From an uncultured Chloroflexia bacterium (lineage in GTDB: Bacteria > Chloroflexota > Limnocylindria > Limnocylindrales > CSP1-4): a stretch of 64,000 nucleotides of DNA. Shown one piece after another: positions 9,654-18,700 of this stretch. Where the stretch lies: positions 397,447-461,446 of the forward strand of contig CAVSKS010000009.1 in assembly GCA_963728605.1 (NCBI GenBank), given 5' to 3'. The notes under the pieces are model-generated. The model saw nothing but the letters and a program-made list of their open reading frames with translations, did no database searches and was not told where the DNA came from. The translations under genes were made by a program, and so were the position numbers. Position 1 is the stretch's first letter; each line of letters begins with the position of its first letter.

Positions 9654-10325
9654 TCAGTCGCCGGCGGCACGCCGGGGTCGGGTGGCGGCAAAGACCGCGA
9701 GCGAGCCAAGCGTCTCCAGCTCGACCGACTCGAACGACGCCGCCAGGCTGTCGTGCAGCCACTCGGCGGTGTCGTCGAGGTTGTCGAAGGCGCCTCGCCG
9801 GTTGAACGCCGCGAGGAACGCCCGCCCCAGCCTGCTGTGCTGGCCAGTCCTGCCGAGGACCGTGGCGCCGAACAGCACACCATCGGGCTCCAGCACCGAG
9901 GCGACGTGCTCGATCGCCAGTGCCTTGCGGGTGCCAGGCCCGGGCAGGCAGTGGATGACCGCGTTGAGGGCCGCCGAGGCGAACGGGCCGCTGACCGGCA
10001 GCGGCTTGAGGACGTCGGCCTGGACCGTGGTTACCTCGAACTGCCGAAGGCGTCGGGACGCGTAGTCCAACACGGCGCGGTTGGGGTCGAGCAGCGTCAC
10101 CGGGCTGCCCGGTGCCAGCCCCGACCGCTCGATGAAATATCCCGTGCCGGGACCGACGTCGAGGTGCGGGCTGCGGATGTGCCGTCGATAGTCCTCGACC
10201 ATCCGAGCTGTTGGGGCGTGCCAGACCCAGCGCGTGGTGAACCCCAGGACCCACGCGTCGTACACCGTGAGGAGCGGCCGGCGGTAGTCCGCCTGGCCAC
10301 GGTATGCCGGATCGTTGCGGTCCAT
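9654..10325 (-). CDS. class I SAM-dependent methyltransferase
   Basis: Motif I LDVGPGTGYF. ATG at 10325 lies 2 nt after the stop of the upstream macro-domain gene. Confidence 0.7.
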   Translation of the reverse strand: MDRNDPAYRGQADYRRPLLTVYDAWVLGFTTRWVWHAPTARMVEDYRRHIRSPHLDVGPGTGYFIERSGLAPGSPVTLLDPNRAVLDYASRRLRQFEVTTVQADVLKPLPVSGPFASAALNAVIHCLPGPGTRKALAIEHVASVLEPDGVLFGATVLGRTGQHSRLGRAFLAAFNRRGAFDNLDDTAEWLHDSLAASFESVELETLGSLAVFAATRPRRAAGD

Positions 10326-10327
10326 GG

Positions 10328-10864
10328 TCACGGCTGGGGCTCCTCGACCACGAGTTCCGCGCGCTCGTGCCCGGCCATGGCGCGGCGCATGATCTCCGCC
10401 GAATCCTCGCTGAACATACAGAAGAAGACCTCCGCCGGGTACGCGTGGCCGTCGAGCCAGGTTGCCACCTCGCGGACGGCGATCCGGCACGCTTCAGCGC
10501 GCGGGTAGCCATAGATCCCGGTCGAGACCGCCGGGAAGGCGATGACCGAGAGGCGGTTCTCGTCGGCGAGATGTAACGACTCGCGGTAGCAGCTGGCGAG
10601 GATCTCTCGCTCGCCGGCTGACCCGCCCTCCCACACCGGGCCTACGGTATGAATCACGTAGCGCGCCCGAAGGTGGTGACCGCCCGTGATCCGCGCCTGC
10701 CCGGGCGGGCACGGCGCCACCTTGCGAGCCTCAAGGGCAAGTCCCGGTCCGGCGGCCCGGTGGATCGCCCCGTCCACGCCGCCACCGCCCTGGAGCGACG
10801 AGTTCGCGGCGTTGACGATCGCGTCCACGTCCAGATCAACGATCGACCCGACGACCACGGACAT
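10328..10864 (-). CDS. macro-domain protein (O-acetyl-ADP-ribose deacetylase / ADP-ribose-binding, YmdB-like)
   Basis: DLDVDAIVNAANSSLQGGGGVDGAIHRAAG..., HTVGPVW, AFPAVSTGIYGYP. Only the last 178 codons of the 829-aa minus ORF are used. Confidence 0.85.
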   Translation of the reverse strand: MSVVVGSIVDLDVDAIVNAANSSLQGGGGVDGAIHRAAGPGLALEARKVAPCPPGQARITGGHHLRARYVIHTVGPVWEGGSAGEREILASCYRESLHLADENRLSVIAFPAVSTGIYGYPRAEACRIAVREVATWLDGHAYPAEVFFCMFSEDSAEIMRRAMAGHERAELVVEEPQP

Positions 10865-10906
10865 TCGCGGCGACACCCTCAACCCTCCTCGGCCGACTCC
10901 TTCCCG

Positions 10907-10912
10907 TACGAT
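10907..10912 (+). promoter_or_regulatory. -10-like TACGAT 9 nt upstream of aspS ATG (candidate leaderless promoter)
   Basis: TAnnnT hexamer; no SD. Confidence 0.4.
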
Positions 10913-10921
10913 ACGCCGGCC

Positions 10922-12802
10922 ATGACGGACCGAAACCCTGGCCTCGCCACGCCCTACCGGACGCACACCGCGGGCGAGCTCCGTCCGGCCGACGCCGGTT
11001 CGCCGGCCCGGCTCGCCGGCTGGGTTCACCGACGCCGTGACCTGGGCCACCTGATCTTCCTCGACGTTCGCGACCGGCACGGGATCACCCAGGTCGTGAT
11101 CGACCGGACCGAGCAACCGGTGGCCCACGCGATCGCGAGCAAGGTCAGGCCGGAATTCGTGGTCACCGTCGCCGGCGAGGTCGCGAAACGCCTCGAGGGG
11201 ACGGAGAACCCGAAGCTGCCGACCGGTGAGATCGAACTTCGCGCGTCCGAGGTCACGATCCTCTCGGAATCGAAGACGCCGCCCTTCCAGGTGAACGAGC
11301 CTGACGCCCCGGTCGAGGAGAGCGTCCGGCTCAAGTACCGCTACCTCGACATCCGGCGCGAGCCGATGCAGCGGCGGCTCCTCCTGCGAAGCCGCCTCGT
11401 GCAGGCCATCCGCGAGGTCCACCACGCCAACGGCTTCGTCGAGGTGGAAACCCCGAACCTGATCAAGTCGACGCCCGAAGGCGCCCGCGACTTCATCGTC
11501 CCGTCGCGCCTCCAGCCGGGTGCCGTCTATGCCCTGCCGCAGAGCCCCCAGCAGCTCAAGCAGATCCTGATGGTCGGTGGGATCGATCGCTACTTCCAGA
11601 TCGCCCGCTGCTTCCGCGACGAGGACCTTCGCGGCGACCGCCAGCCGGAGTTCACCCAACTGGACCTCGAGATGAGCTTCGTCGACGAGGACGCGGTCAT
11701 GGCGTTCATCGAGCGGATGATCATCGAGGTTTCCACGGCCACCGTCCCCGAGCGCCCGATCCGGCAGGTTCCGTTCCCGCGGTTCACGTTCGACGAGGCG
11801 ATGGAGCGGTTCGGCTCCGACAAGCCGGACATCCGGTTCGGGATGGAGCTGGTCGACCTGGCGAAGGCGCTGGGTGACGCCTCCGGGTTCCGCGTCTTCG
11901 ACGAGACGCTGGCGGGCGGGGGTCGGGTCAAGGCGATCGTCGCCCCGGGCATGGGCGCCGCGACGCGCAAGGAGACCGACGAGCTGACCGAGACTGCGAA
12001 GCGGTTCGGGGCGAAGGGCCTGGTCCACCTTTCGGTCCAGGAGGACGGGGAGCTGCATGGCCCGGTGGCCAAGTTCCTGGCCGAGGATGCGCAGCGACGG
12101 CTCGTGGATGCCAGCGGCGCCGGTCCGGGTGACCTCATCCTGATCGTGGCCGACGCGGGGGAGGTCGCCAATGACGTCCTCGGCCGGCTGCGGGTGGACC
12201 TTGGTGCCCGGCTGGGCCTGGCGGATTCGACGGTCCTCTCGTATTGCTGGGTCTACCGCTTCCCGATGTACCAGTGGGACGAGGAGCTGGGTCGCTGGGA
12301 CGCGACCCACAACCCGTTCAGCGGCGTGGTCCCGGAGGACGAGGAACTGCTCGTGACCGCCTCTGGAGATCCCTCGAACCCGTCGAAGGACGATCCTGCC
12401 GGCCGAGCCCGGGCGATGCAGTACGACGTTGCCCTCAATGGCTGGGAGGTCGGTGGCGGGTCGGTCCGGATCCACCGTCGCGACCTTCTCGAGCGGTCGT
12501 TTGCCCTCCAGGGCCATTCGCTGGAGGGTATGCGCGAGAAGTTCGGGGCGGTCCTCGACGCGTTCGAGTTCGGGGCGCCGCCGCACGGCGGCATCGCCAT
12601 CGGGATCGACCGCTGGGCGGCGTTGTTCTCGCACCAGACCAACATCCGCGAGGTGATGGCCTTCCCGAAGACGCAGTCCGGGGCGGACCTGATGCTCGAC
12701 GCGCCATCCGAGCCGGATCCCGGGCAGTACAGCGAGCTCGGGCTCAAGTTCGTGGGCCTGCCCGGCCGAGCCGGGGCCAAGGGCGACGAGGTCGACGCCT
12801 GA
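10922..12802 (+). CDS. aspS: aspartate--tRNA ligase
   Basis: RTHTAGELR..., GWVHRRRDLGHLIFLDVRDRHG, FQIARCFRDEDLRGDRQPEFTQLD, GGGSVRIH, PPHGGIAIGIDR. Confidence 0.95.
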   Translation: MTDRNPGLATPYRTHTAGELRPADAGSPARLAGWVHRRRDLGHLIFLDVRDRHGITQVVIDRTEQPVAHAIASKVRPEFVVTVAGEVAKRLEGTENPKLPTGEIELRASEVTILSESKTPPFQVNEPDAPVEESVRLKYRYLDIRREPMQRRLLLRSRLVQAIREVHHANGFVEVETPNLIKSTPEGARDFIVPSRLQPGAVYALPQSPQQLKQILMVGGIDRYFQIARCFRDEDLRGDRQPEFTQLDLEMSFVDEDAVMAFIERMIIEVSTATVPERPIRQVPFPRFTFDEAMERFGSDKPDIRFGMELVDLAKALGDASGFRVFDETLAGGGRVKAIVAPGMGAATRKETDELTETAKRFGAKGLVHLSVQEDGELHGPVAKFLAEDAQRRLVDASGAGPGDLILIVADAGEVANDVLGRLRVDLGARLGLADSTVLSYCWVYRFPMYQWDEELGRWDATHNPFSGVVPEDEELLVTASGDPSNPSKDDPAGRARAMQYDVALNGWEVGGGSVRIHRRDLLERSFALQGHSLEGMREKFGAVLDAFEFGAPPHGGIAIGIDRWAALFSHQTNIREVMAFPKTQSGADLMLDAPSEPDPGQYSELGLKFVGLPGRAGAKGDEVDA

Positions 12803-12876
12803 GCGCGTCGACGCCACAGATCGACGCCTCCCCCGCGGAGCGGATCCGCGCCTTCGATCTCGCTCGCGGCCTGGCC

Positions 12877-13920
12877 GTGCTGTTCATGATCCTGGTCCAC
12901 ACGCTGGGCCACTACGGCAACGACGCGACGTGGACCAGCCCGCTCGGTGGCGTGCTCGTCTTCCTCGGCGGACCGGCTGCGGCGCCCGTGTTCATGGTCC
13001 TGATGGGGGCGTCGCTGGCGTTCTCGTCCCGAGGCTCGCCCCGGGCGATCGCGCGCCGCGGCGTCTGGCTGCTGTTCCTGGCCTACACCCTCAACGTCCT
13101 GCGTGGCTGGCTGCCGGCCACGCTTGGACTCACCACGGGCTACGTGACCCTCGACGACATTGCCCCGTACACGCCCCAGGTCCTGCTGGGCATCGTCGAC
13201 ATCCACCAGATGGCCGGGCTGGCGCTGCTGGGGATCGCGGGACTGCTGTTCGTGGTTGGCGCCCGCGCGATCCGTCCGGCGGCGATCGCCCTCGCGGTGA
13301 CGGCCGCGCTGGCCGCCCCGTTGCTGTGGGGCCGGACCACCGGCCAGCCGGTGATCGACACCGGGCTCGCGCTCCTGTGGGGGACCGACTGGAACGTTTT
13401 CTTCCCGCTCTTCCCGTGGATCGCCTACCCGCTGGTCGGCTTCGCGTTCGGGCGGACCCTGGTGGCCCTCCCGGATCGCCGGGCATTCGTTCGCCAGGCG
13501 GGGATTGCCGGTTTGGCGCTGGGCATCGCCGGCGTCGTCGCAATCGTCGTCACCGGCGAGGCGATCGGCATCGAGGACTACTGGCGCCAGGGACCGGCGA
13601 TCGTGCTGGCGATCCTCGGGTTCGTGCTCGTCTGGCTGGCGGCGTGCGATCTCGCGGTCGGGCGGCTGCCCGCGTCGGTCGGTGACCTGCTGTACGGCTG
13701 GAGTGCCCGGGTCACCTCGATGTACTGCATCCACTGGATCCTGATCGGGTGGGGGGTCGGGCTGTTCGGCCACCGGCAGCTGGACCTGCCGGCGCTGGTG
13801 CTGGTCATGCTCGGGCTCGTGGTGGTCACGGACCGGATCACGGCGTGGCTGCCGTTCCTTCGCGGTCCCGGAGCCCGGCGAAGGCAGATCCGGGAGACGC
13901 CGGCCCCGGCACCGGCATGA
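12877..13920 (+). CDS. polytopic membrane protein, DUF1624 / heparan-alpha-glucosaminide N-acetyltransferase-like
   Basis: Multiple TM helices. The family-typical N-terminal R-x4-D-x2-R-G (RIRAFDLARG) lies upstream of the first canonical start codons (GTG 12877, ATG 12886), so the true start may be CTG 12799 (see findings). Confidence 0.5.
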   Translation: MLFMILVHTLGHYGNDATWTSPLGGVLVFLGGPAAAPVFMVLMGASLAFSSRGSPRAIARRGVWLLFLAYTLNVLRGWLPATLGLTTGYVTLDDIAPYTPQVLLGIVDIHQMAGLALLGIAGLLFVVGARAIRPAAIALAVTAALAAPLLWGRTTGQPVIDTGLALLWGTDWNVFFPLFPWIAYPLVGFAFGRTLVALPDRRAFVRQAGIAGLALGIAGVVAIVVTGEAIGIEDYWRQGPAIVLAILGFVLVWLAACDLAVGRLPASVGDLLYGWSARVTSMYCIHWILIGWGVGLFGHRQLDLPALVLVMLGLVVVTDRITAWLPFLRGPGARRRQIRETPAPAPA

Positions 13921-14840
13921 GGCTGCTCCGCTTCCTGCCCGAGCATCCCCGGTTGACGGCGCTCCTGGGAGCGACGTGCATCGCCTTCTCCGGGATTTTC
14001 TACCGCTATGCCGCGGTGCCGCCGTCGACGGCGACCCTCTTCCGGTGCCTGTACGGCCTGCCGATCCTGGCGGCCGTCGCCTGGTACGAGCATCGCCGGT
14101 TCGGTGGTCTGCCCCGCCGCTCGATGGGGCTGGCGATCGTGGCCGGGGCGTTTTTCGCGGGCGACCTGACCTTCTGGCATCACGCCGTCGACGCGGTCGG
14201 GGCGGGGCTGGCGACCGTGCTGGGCAACCTGCAGGTGCTCGTCGTCGGCCTGCTGGCCTGGATCCTGTTCCGGGAGCGCCCGTCGGGGGCCGTGCTCGCG
14301 GCGCTGCCCGTCGTCCTCGTTGGCGTCTTCCTGATCTCCGGCGTCGTCGACGACGGGGCATACGGCGCGAACCCGACGCTTGGCGTGGTCCTGGGGCTCC
14401 TGACGGCGCTGTGTTACGGGGCCTACCTGCTGGTGATCCGGCGAGCCGGCGACGCACGGCGAACGGCCGGTCCGGTCGCCTTCTCGACGGCCTCGACGGC
14501 GATCGTCGCCGGCCTCGTGGGCGCCCCGCTGGGCGAGCTGACCGTCCCCGCCTCGGTCGGAAGCCACGCCTGGCTGCTGATCTATGGCGTCACGTCCCAG
14601 TCGCTGGGCTACCTGCTGATCTCGCTGTCGCTGCCGCGACTGCCCGCGGTCCTGACCTCGATCATCCTGCTTGCCCAGCCGGTCATGACGATTGGCCTCG
14701 GGATCGTCCTGCTGGCCGAGGCGCCGTCGGCGCTCCAGGTCGTCGGCGTCGGCCTGGTGATCGGTGGGATCGCGGTCGCGACGCTGCCGCTGGGGCGCGT
14801 TCGCGAAGCGTTGGCCACGGCGGCGACTCGGCTGACCTAG
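13917..14840 (+). CDS. EamA/DMT-family transporter
   Basis: ATGA overlap with the upstream gene. About 10 TM helices in two EamA-like halves. Confidence 0.75.
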   Translation: MRLLRFLPEHPRLTALLGATCIAFSGIFYRYAAVPPSTATLFRCLYGLPILAAVAWYEHRRFGGLPRRSMGLAIVAGAFFAGDLTFWHHAVDAVGAGLATVLGNLQVLVVGLLAWILFRERPSGAVLAALPVVLVGVFLISGVVDDGAYGANPTLGVVLGLLTALCYGAYLLVIRRAGDARRTAGPVAFSTASTAIVAGLVGAPLGELTVPASVGSHAWLLIYGVTSQSLGYLLISLSLPRLPAVLTSIILLAQPVMTIGLGIVLLAEAPSALQVVGVGLVIGGIAVATLPLGRVREALATAATRLT

Positions 14841-15556
14841 CCCGGCTGCTCCGGGTTCTCGGCGGCGGCCTGTCCGTAGGGCGCGAGGGCGGGTCCCTCG
14901 AGCGGCCCGTCGTCGCCCTGGTCGGCGATGGCCGCGCCCCACTCGTGGACGTGTCCGCCCGCCGGCTCGCTCGGACCGGTGTACGGGGGAAGATCGGCCC
15001 GGGAGACCGAACGGTCGTGGGTCGTGCCCGGGTCGCCGAGCTCGAGCCGCAGTTCCGGTGCCCCGGCGGCGACGAGGTCGTCGAGGACATCGTCCGGCAT
15101 CCGGTCCATGGCAATCGTGGCGAGCGAGCCGCTGAGCTCGGCCGGCACGAGCGCCGGCCAGCCCCGATCGCCACCATAGGTCGGGACGATGATCGATCCC
15201 GGGTTCGTGCCGGAGGCCTCGATCATCGAGGTGATGGTTTCCGGTCCGACCCAGACGATCCGCGCCGGCCAGACGAAGGAGGCGCCGGTCTCGTGGACCG
15301 CGGCGGTGGCGACGTCGATCCCGCGCCGGATCTGGCCCACGGGGCCCGCCTCGCGCGGCGCCGGTTCGGCGAGGGTCACCGGCGCGCCGGCGAGGGCCGA
15401 GGCAATCGTGCCGTCCGGGTCTGCGGCGACGACGACGATGGGTGTCGCCCCACCGGACCAGGCGATGTCGGCGATCCGGCGGACCGACGCCATCCCGTCG
15501 GCGTCGGCGAGGGCGGATTCCGGGGTCGCGGCGAGGATGATGGCGGCGACGGTCAC
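14837..15556 (-). CDS. MobA-like nucleotidyltransferase-family protein (degenerate N-terminal motif)
   Basis: AAIILAA...PIVVVAA..., WPALVP resemble the NTP_transf_3 fold. Acidic/Pro-rich C-terminal tail. Family call is weak. Confidence 0.4.
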   Translation of the reverse strand: MTVAAIILAATPESALADADGMASVRRIADIAWSGGATPIVVVAADPDGTIASALAGAPVTLAEPAPREAGPVGQIRRGIDVATAAVHETGASFVWPARIVWVGPETITSMIEASGTNPGSIIVPTYGGDRGWPALVPAELSGSLATIAMDRMPDDVLDDLVAAGAPELRLELGDPGTTHDRSVSRADLPPYTGPSEPAGGHVHEWGAAIADQGDDGPLEGPALAPYGQAAAENPEQPG

Positions 15557-15780
15557 GCGGACGATCCTAGCAGTGGCACATGACCCGAGGGTTGCTGCTC
15601 AGCTGCCCTGCGACTGATAAGCGGGCGCTTCGCCTCCAGATGGGATCAGCGGGCCCTGAATCGAGCCAGCGGCACGCCAGGTGGTTGCCACGCGGCTGGC
15701 CAACAACCAAATGGCGGCACGGCGCGCATACCAGTCGCCAGGCGGCTGACCAGCAACCGCGCGGTTGGGATCGGCGTTGG

Positions 15781-18700
15781 TCAGCGAACCCGAACGGGTC
15801 GATGCCGCCGGTACGACGCCAGCCACGCGGCGGCGCCCAGCAGCGCGAGCAATGCAGCCGCGACGGTGAAGGACGGCGACGCGCTGCCGTCAGCGAGCAT
15901 GGCGGTGTCCGGAATGTCGATGACCTCGAGGGGCGCCGTGAGGCTCAGTACCGCACCCTCTGGGTCGACCCCACGCGCCTCGACGTCAAGCCAGCCATCG
16001 GAAGCGGTGGTTGGGACCGTGATCCAGACACTGACGTTGCCATCCTCGTCGGCGACCACGGTGGCCACGAGGCCGGGCTCGGCGAGGAGCCAGATCTCGA
16101 CGGTCGATCCCGGCATGAAGCCGGTAGCGGTGACCAGGACCTTGCCGCCCGGCGAGGTGGCCTCGCGGTCGAGAGCGATCGAGGGCGACGCAGCCGACGG
16201 CGGCGTGGTCGGCCCTTCCACGGTGAAACTCACGGTGACGGGATCCGCGGCCGCCACGTTGGCGTTGCCGGGCTGGCTGGCCGTGACCGTGCACGTGCCC
16301 GGTCCGGTGATCGTCAGGGTCGACCCGGTCACCGAGCAGGCGCCGGTTGCGGTGTAGGTGATCGGCAGGCCGGCCGACGAGGTCGCATCGAGGTCGATCG
16401 GCCCGTCATCGGTGGTCGCGTCGGGTGGCGCCACGAACGTGATGACCTGGTTCGCCTTGGTGACGGTGATCTCGACGCTGATGGTGACCGTTTCGTAATT
16501 CGAACCGTCGGTCGGGGTGAAGGTGACGGTCAGGGTATGTGCCCCGGCGCCCAGGACGGCGCCCGCGGCGGGGCCGTAGACATACGTCCCCGGGACCGAC
16601 GCGCCGGCGTTCAGCTGCGTACCAGAGAGGGGCGTGCCGTAGGTGATGTCGTCCGGATCGGCCCAGGTCACCACCGGGGTCGCCTTGGCCACCGCGAACG
16701 AGCGGCTGACGTCGGCGGCGGCTGCATGGTTGGCATCGCCCGGCTGGTGGGCCGTGACCACGCAGGTCCCGACACCGCTGATCGTGAGCGTCGTCCCGGA
16801 CACACTGCAGGGACCGGACGTCGTGAACGTGACCGGCAGTCCCGACGTGCTCGTGGCCGACAGGCTGATCGGACCGTCGTCGAACGTCGCACCGCTGAGG
16901 GCACCGAAGGAAATGGACTGCGCGGCAGGATCGACGGTCAGCCACCCGTCCACGTAGTCGAACACGTACGAGCCGCTTGAAAGGCCGGACGCCGAGACCG
17001 CGTACGTCCCGACGGGGCTCGAAAGGGTGGCCGCGGTGGCGAACGCAAGGCTTCCGCCAAGGTCGCCGGCGTCGTCGCCGTTGACGAAGCCGCTGAAGGT
17101 GACACCGAACGCGGGGTTCGGGTCGCCGTACGGGCGCGAGCTGTCGTTGACGGTGACGGTGAGAGTGACGGGGCCGATCGTGAACACGCCGGTTCCACCG
17201 ATGACGAAGTCGTAATTGGTGGCGGCCAGGGTCCCGACCGTGCACGTGATCGTGTACTCGCCGGCCGGGTCGCCCGTCGTCGCATCGGTCGTGCAGGCGG
17301 CGGATCCGGAGACGACCGTGTCATCGTCGCCCGCCACGAAGCCGGTGATGTCAACGGCGAAGGTCGTGGGGACCGGGTCGCCCATCGGGATCGCCGTGTC
17401 GACCGGGGTGACCGTCAGGGTCGCCTTGGTGACCGACAGGCTGCCGGCCGCAAAAGTGATCGCATAGTTGGGCGACGACAGGCCCGAGGCGCTCACGGTG
17501 TAGCTGCCGACACTGCTGCCGCTGCCGGCCGATGTCGTGAAGATCAGCGTGCCGACGAGGTCGGCGATGGTGTCGCCGTTCTGGAAGCCGGTGATCGTCA
17601 CACCGAACGCAGGGTTGGCCGCGCCGTACGTCTTGGTGGCCGAGTCGACGGTGATCGTGAGGTCGGCCGGTTCCACGGTCAGCGTGGCCGTGCCCGAGAG
17701 GTCGAAGGTGTAGTTGGCGGCGGCCAGCGAGCCGACCATGCAGGTGATGGGGTAGGTCCCGACCGGGGAGGTCGCGACGGCGGGCGTCGAGCAGGCGGGA
17801 GCGCCCGACAGGTCGCCCGCGTCGTCGCCGTTGACGAATCCGCTGTAGGCCACCGTCAGCGGCGGGTTGGCAGCACCGTAATCCCGCGACTGCGCGTCCG
17901 GGGTCACGGTCAAAACGACCGGGTCGACCGTCAAAGTCCCATCGACGAAGGTGATCGCGTAGTCGCTGCTCGTGTAGCCGCTGCAGGAGATGGCGTACCC
18001 GCCGACGTTGCTCGCCGACGTCGCACTGGTGCCGCAGGTCAGGGTCCCGCCTAGGTCGCCCGCGTCGTCGCCGTTGACGAAGCCGCTGAAGGTGACCCCG
18101 AACGTCGGGTTCGGGTCGCCGTAGTCGCGCGCGACGTCCATCACCGTGACGGTGAGCGCGGCGGCACCGACCGTCAGCGTCCCGGGGACGAAGGTGATGT
18201 CGTAGTTGGCGTCGGTCGCCCCCGAAACGGTGATGGGGTAGGTGGCCGGGCTGCTGGAGGCGACGGCCGTAGTGGACAGGCTGGCGGGCGTGTCGAGGTC
18301 GCCCGGATCGTCACCATTGACGAAGCCGGCGTAGGTCGCGCTGAACGTGGGGTTGGGGTCGCCATAGGGGCGGGCGGCGTCGTCGGCCGTGATCGTGAGC
18401 GAGGCCTTGGAGATCGTCAGGTTTGCGGGCGTCCAGGTGAACGCGTAGTTCGCGCTGGTGAGCCCCGACGGGGTAACGGGATACGTCCCGACCGGGCTGG
18501 CGGCCGTTGCGGACGTCGAGAAGCCGAGGGTGCCGCCGAGGTCACCCGCGTCATCGCCGTTGACGAAGCCGCTGAACGACGCGCTGAACGCCGGGTTCGG
18601 GTCGCCGTAGGTCTTGCCGGCCGCGACCGTCGAAACGGTCAGGGGCGCCTGGGAGATCGTGAACCCTGCCGAGCTCCCGTTGCTCGTCGCATGCGTCGAG

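Noticed and set aside
10865-12817. Upstream 650 codons of the 829-aa minus-strand ORF overlapping aspS
   Set aside because: Only the last 178 codons (from ATG 10864) form a macro domain. The rest is antisense to aspS and compositionally non-protein-like.
14837-14840. Convergent EamA and NTP-transferase genes sharing overlapping stop codons on the palindrome CTAG
   Set aside because: A real sequence curiosity, but a trivial consequence of compact convergent genes. It has no functional implication that I can support.
12253-14942. Long minus-strand ORFs (12253-14457 and 13578-14942) across the DUF1624/EamA genes
   Set aside because: Extremely Arg/Pro/Gly-rich translations. The + strand gives clean polytopic membrane proteins.
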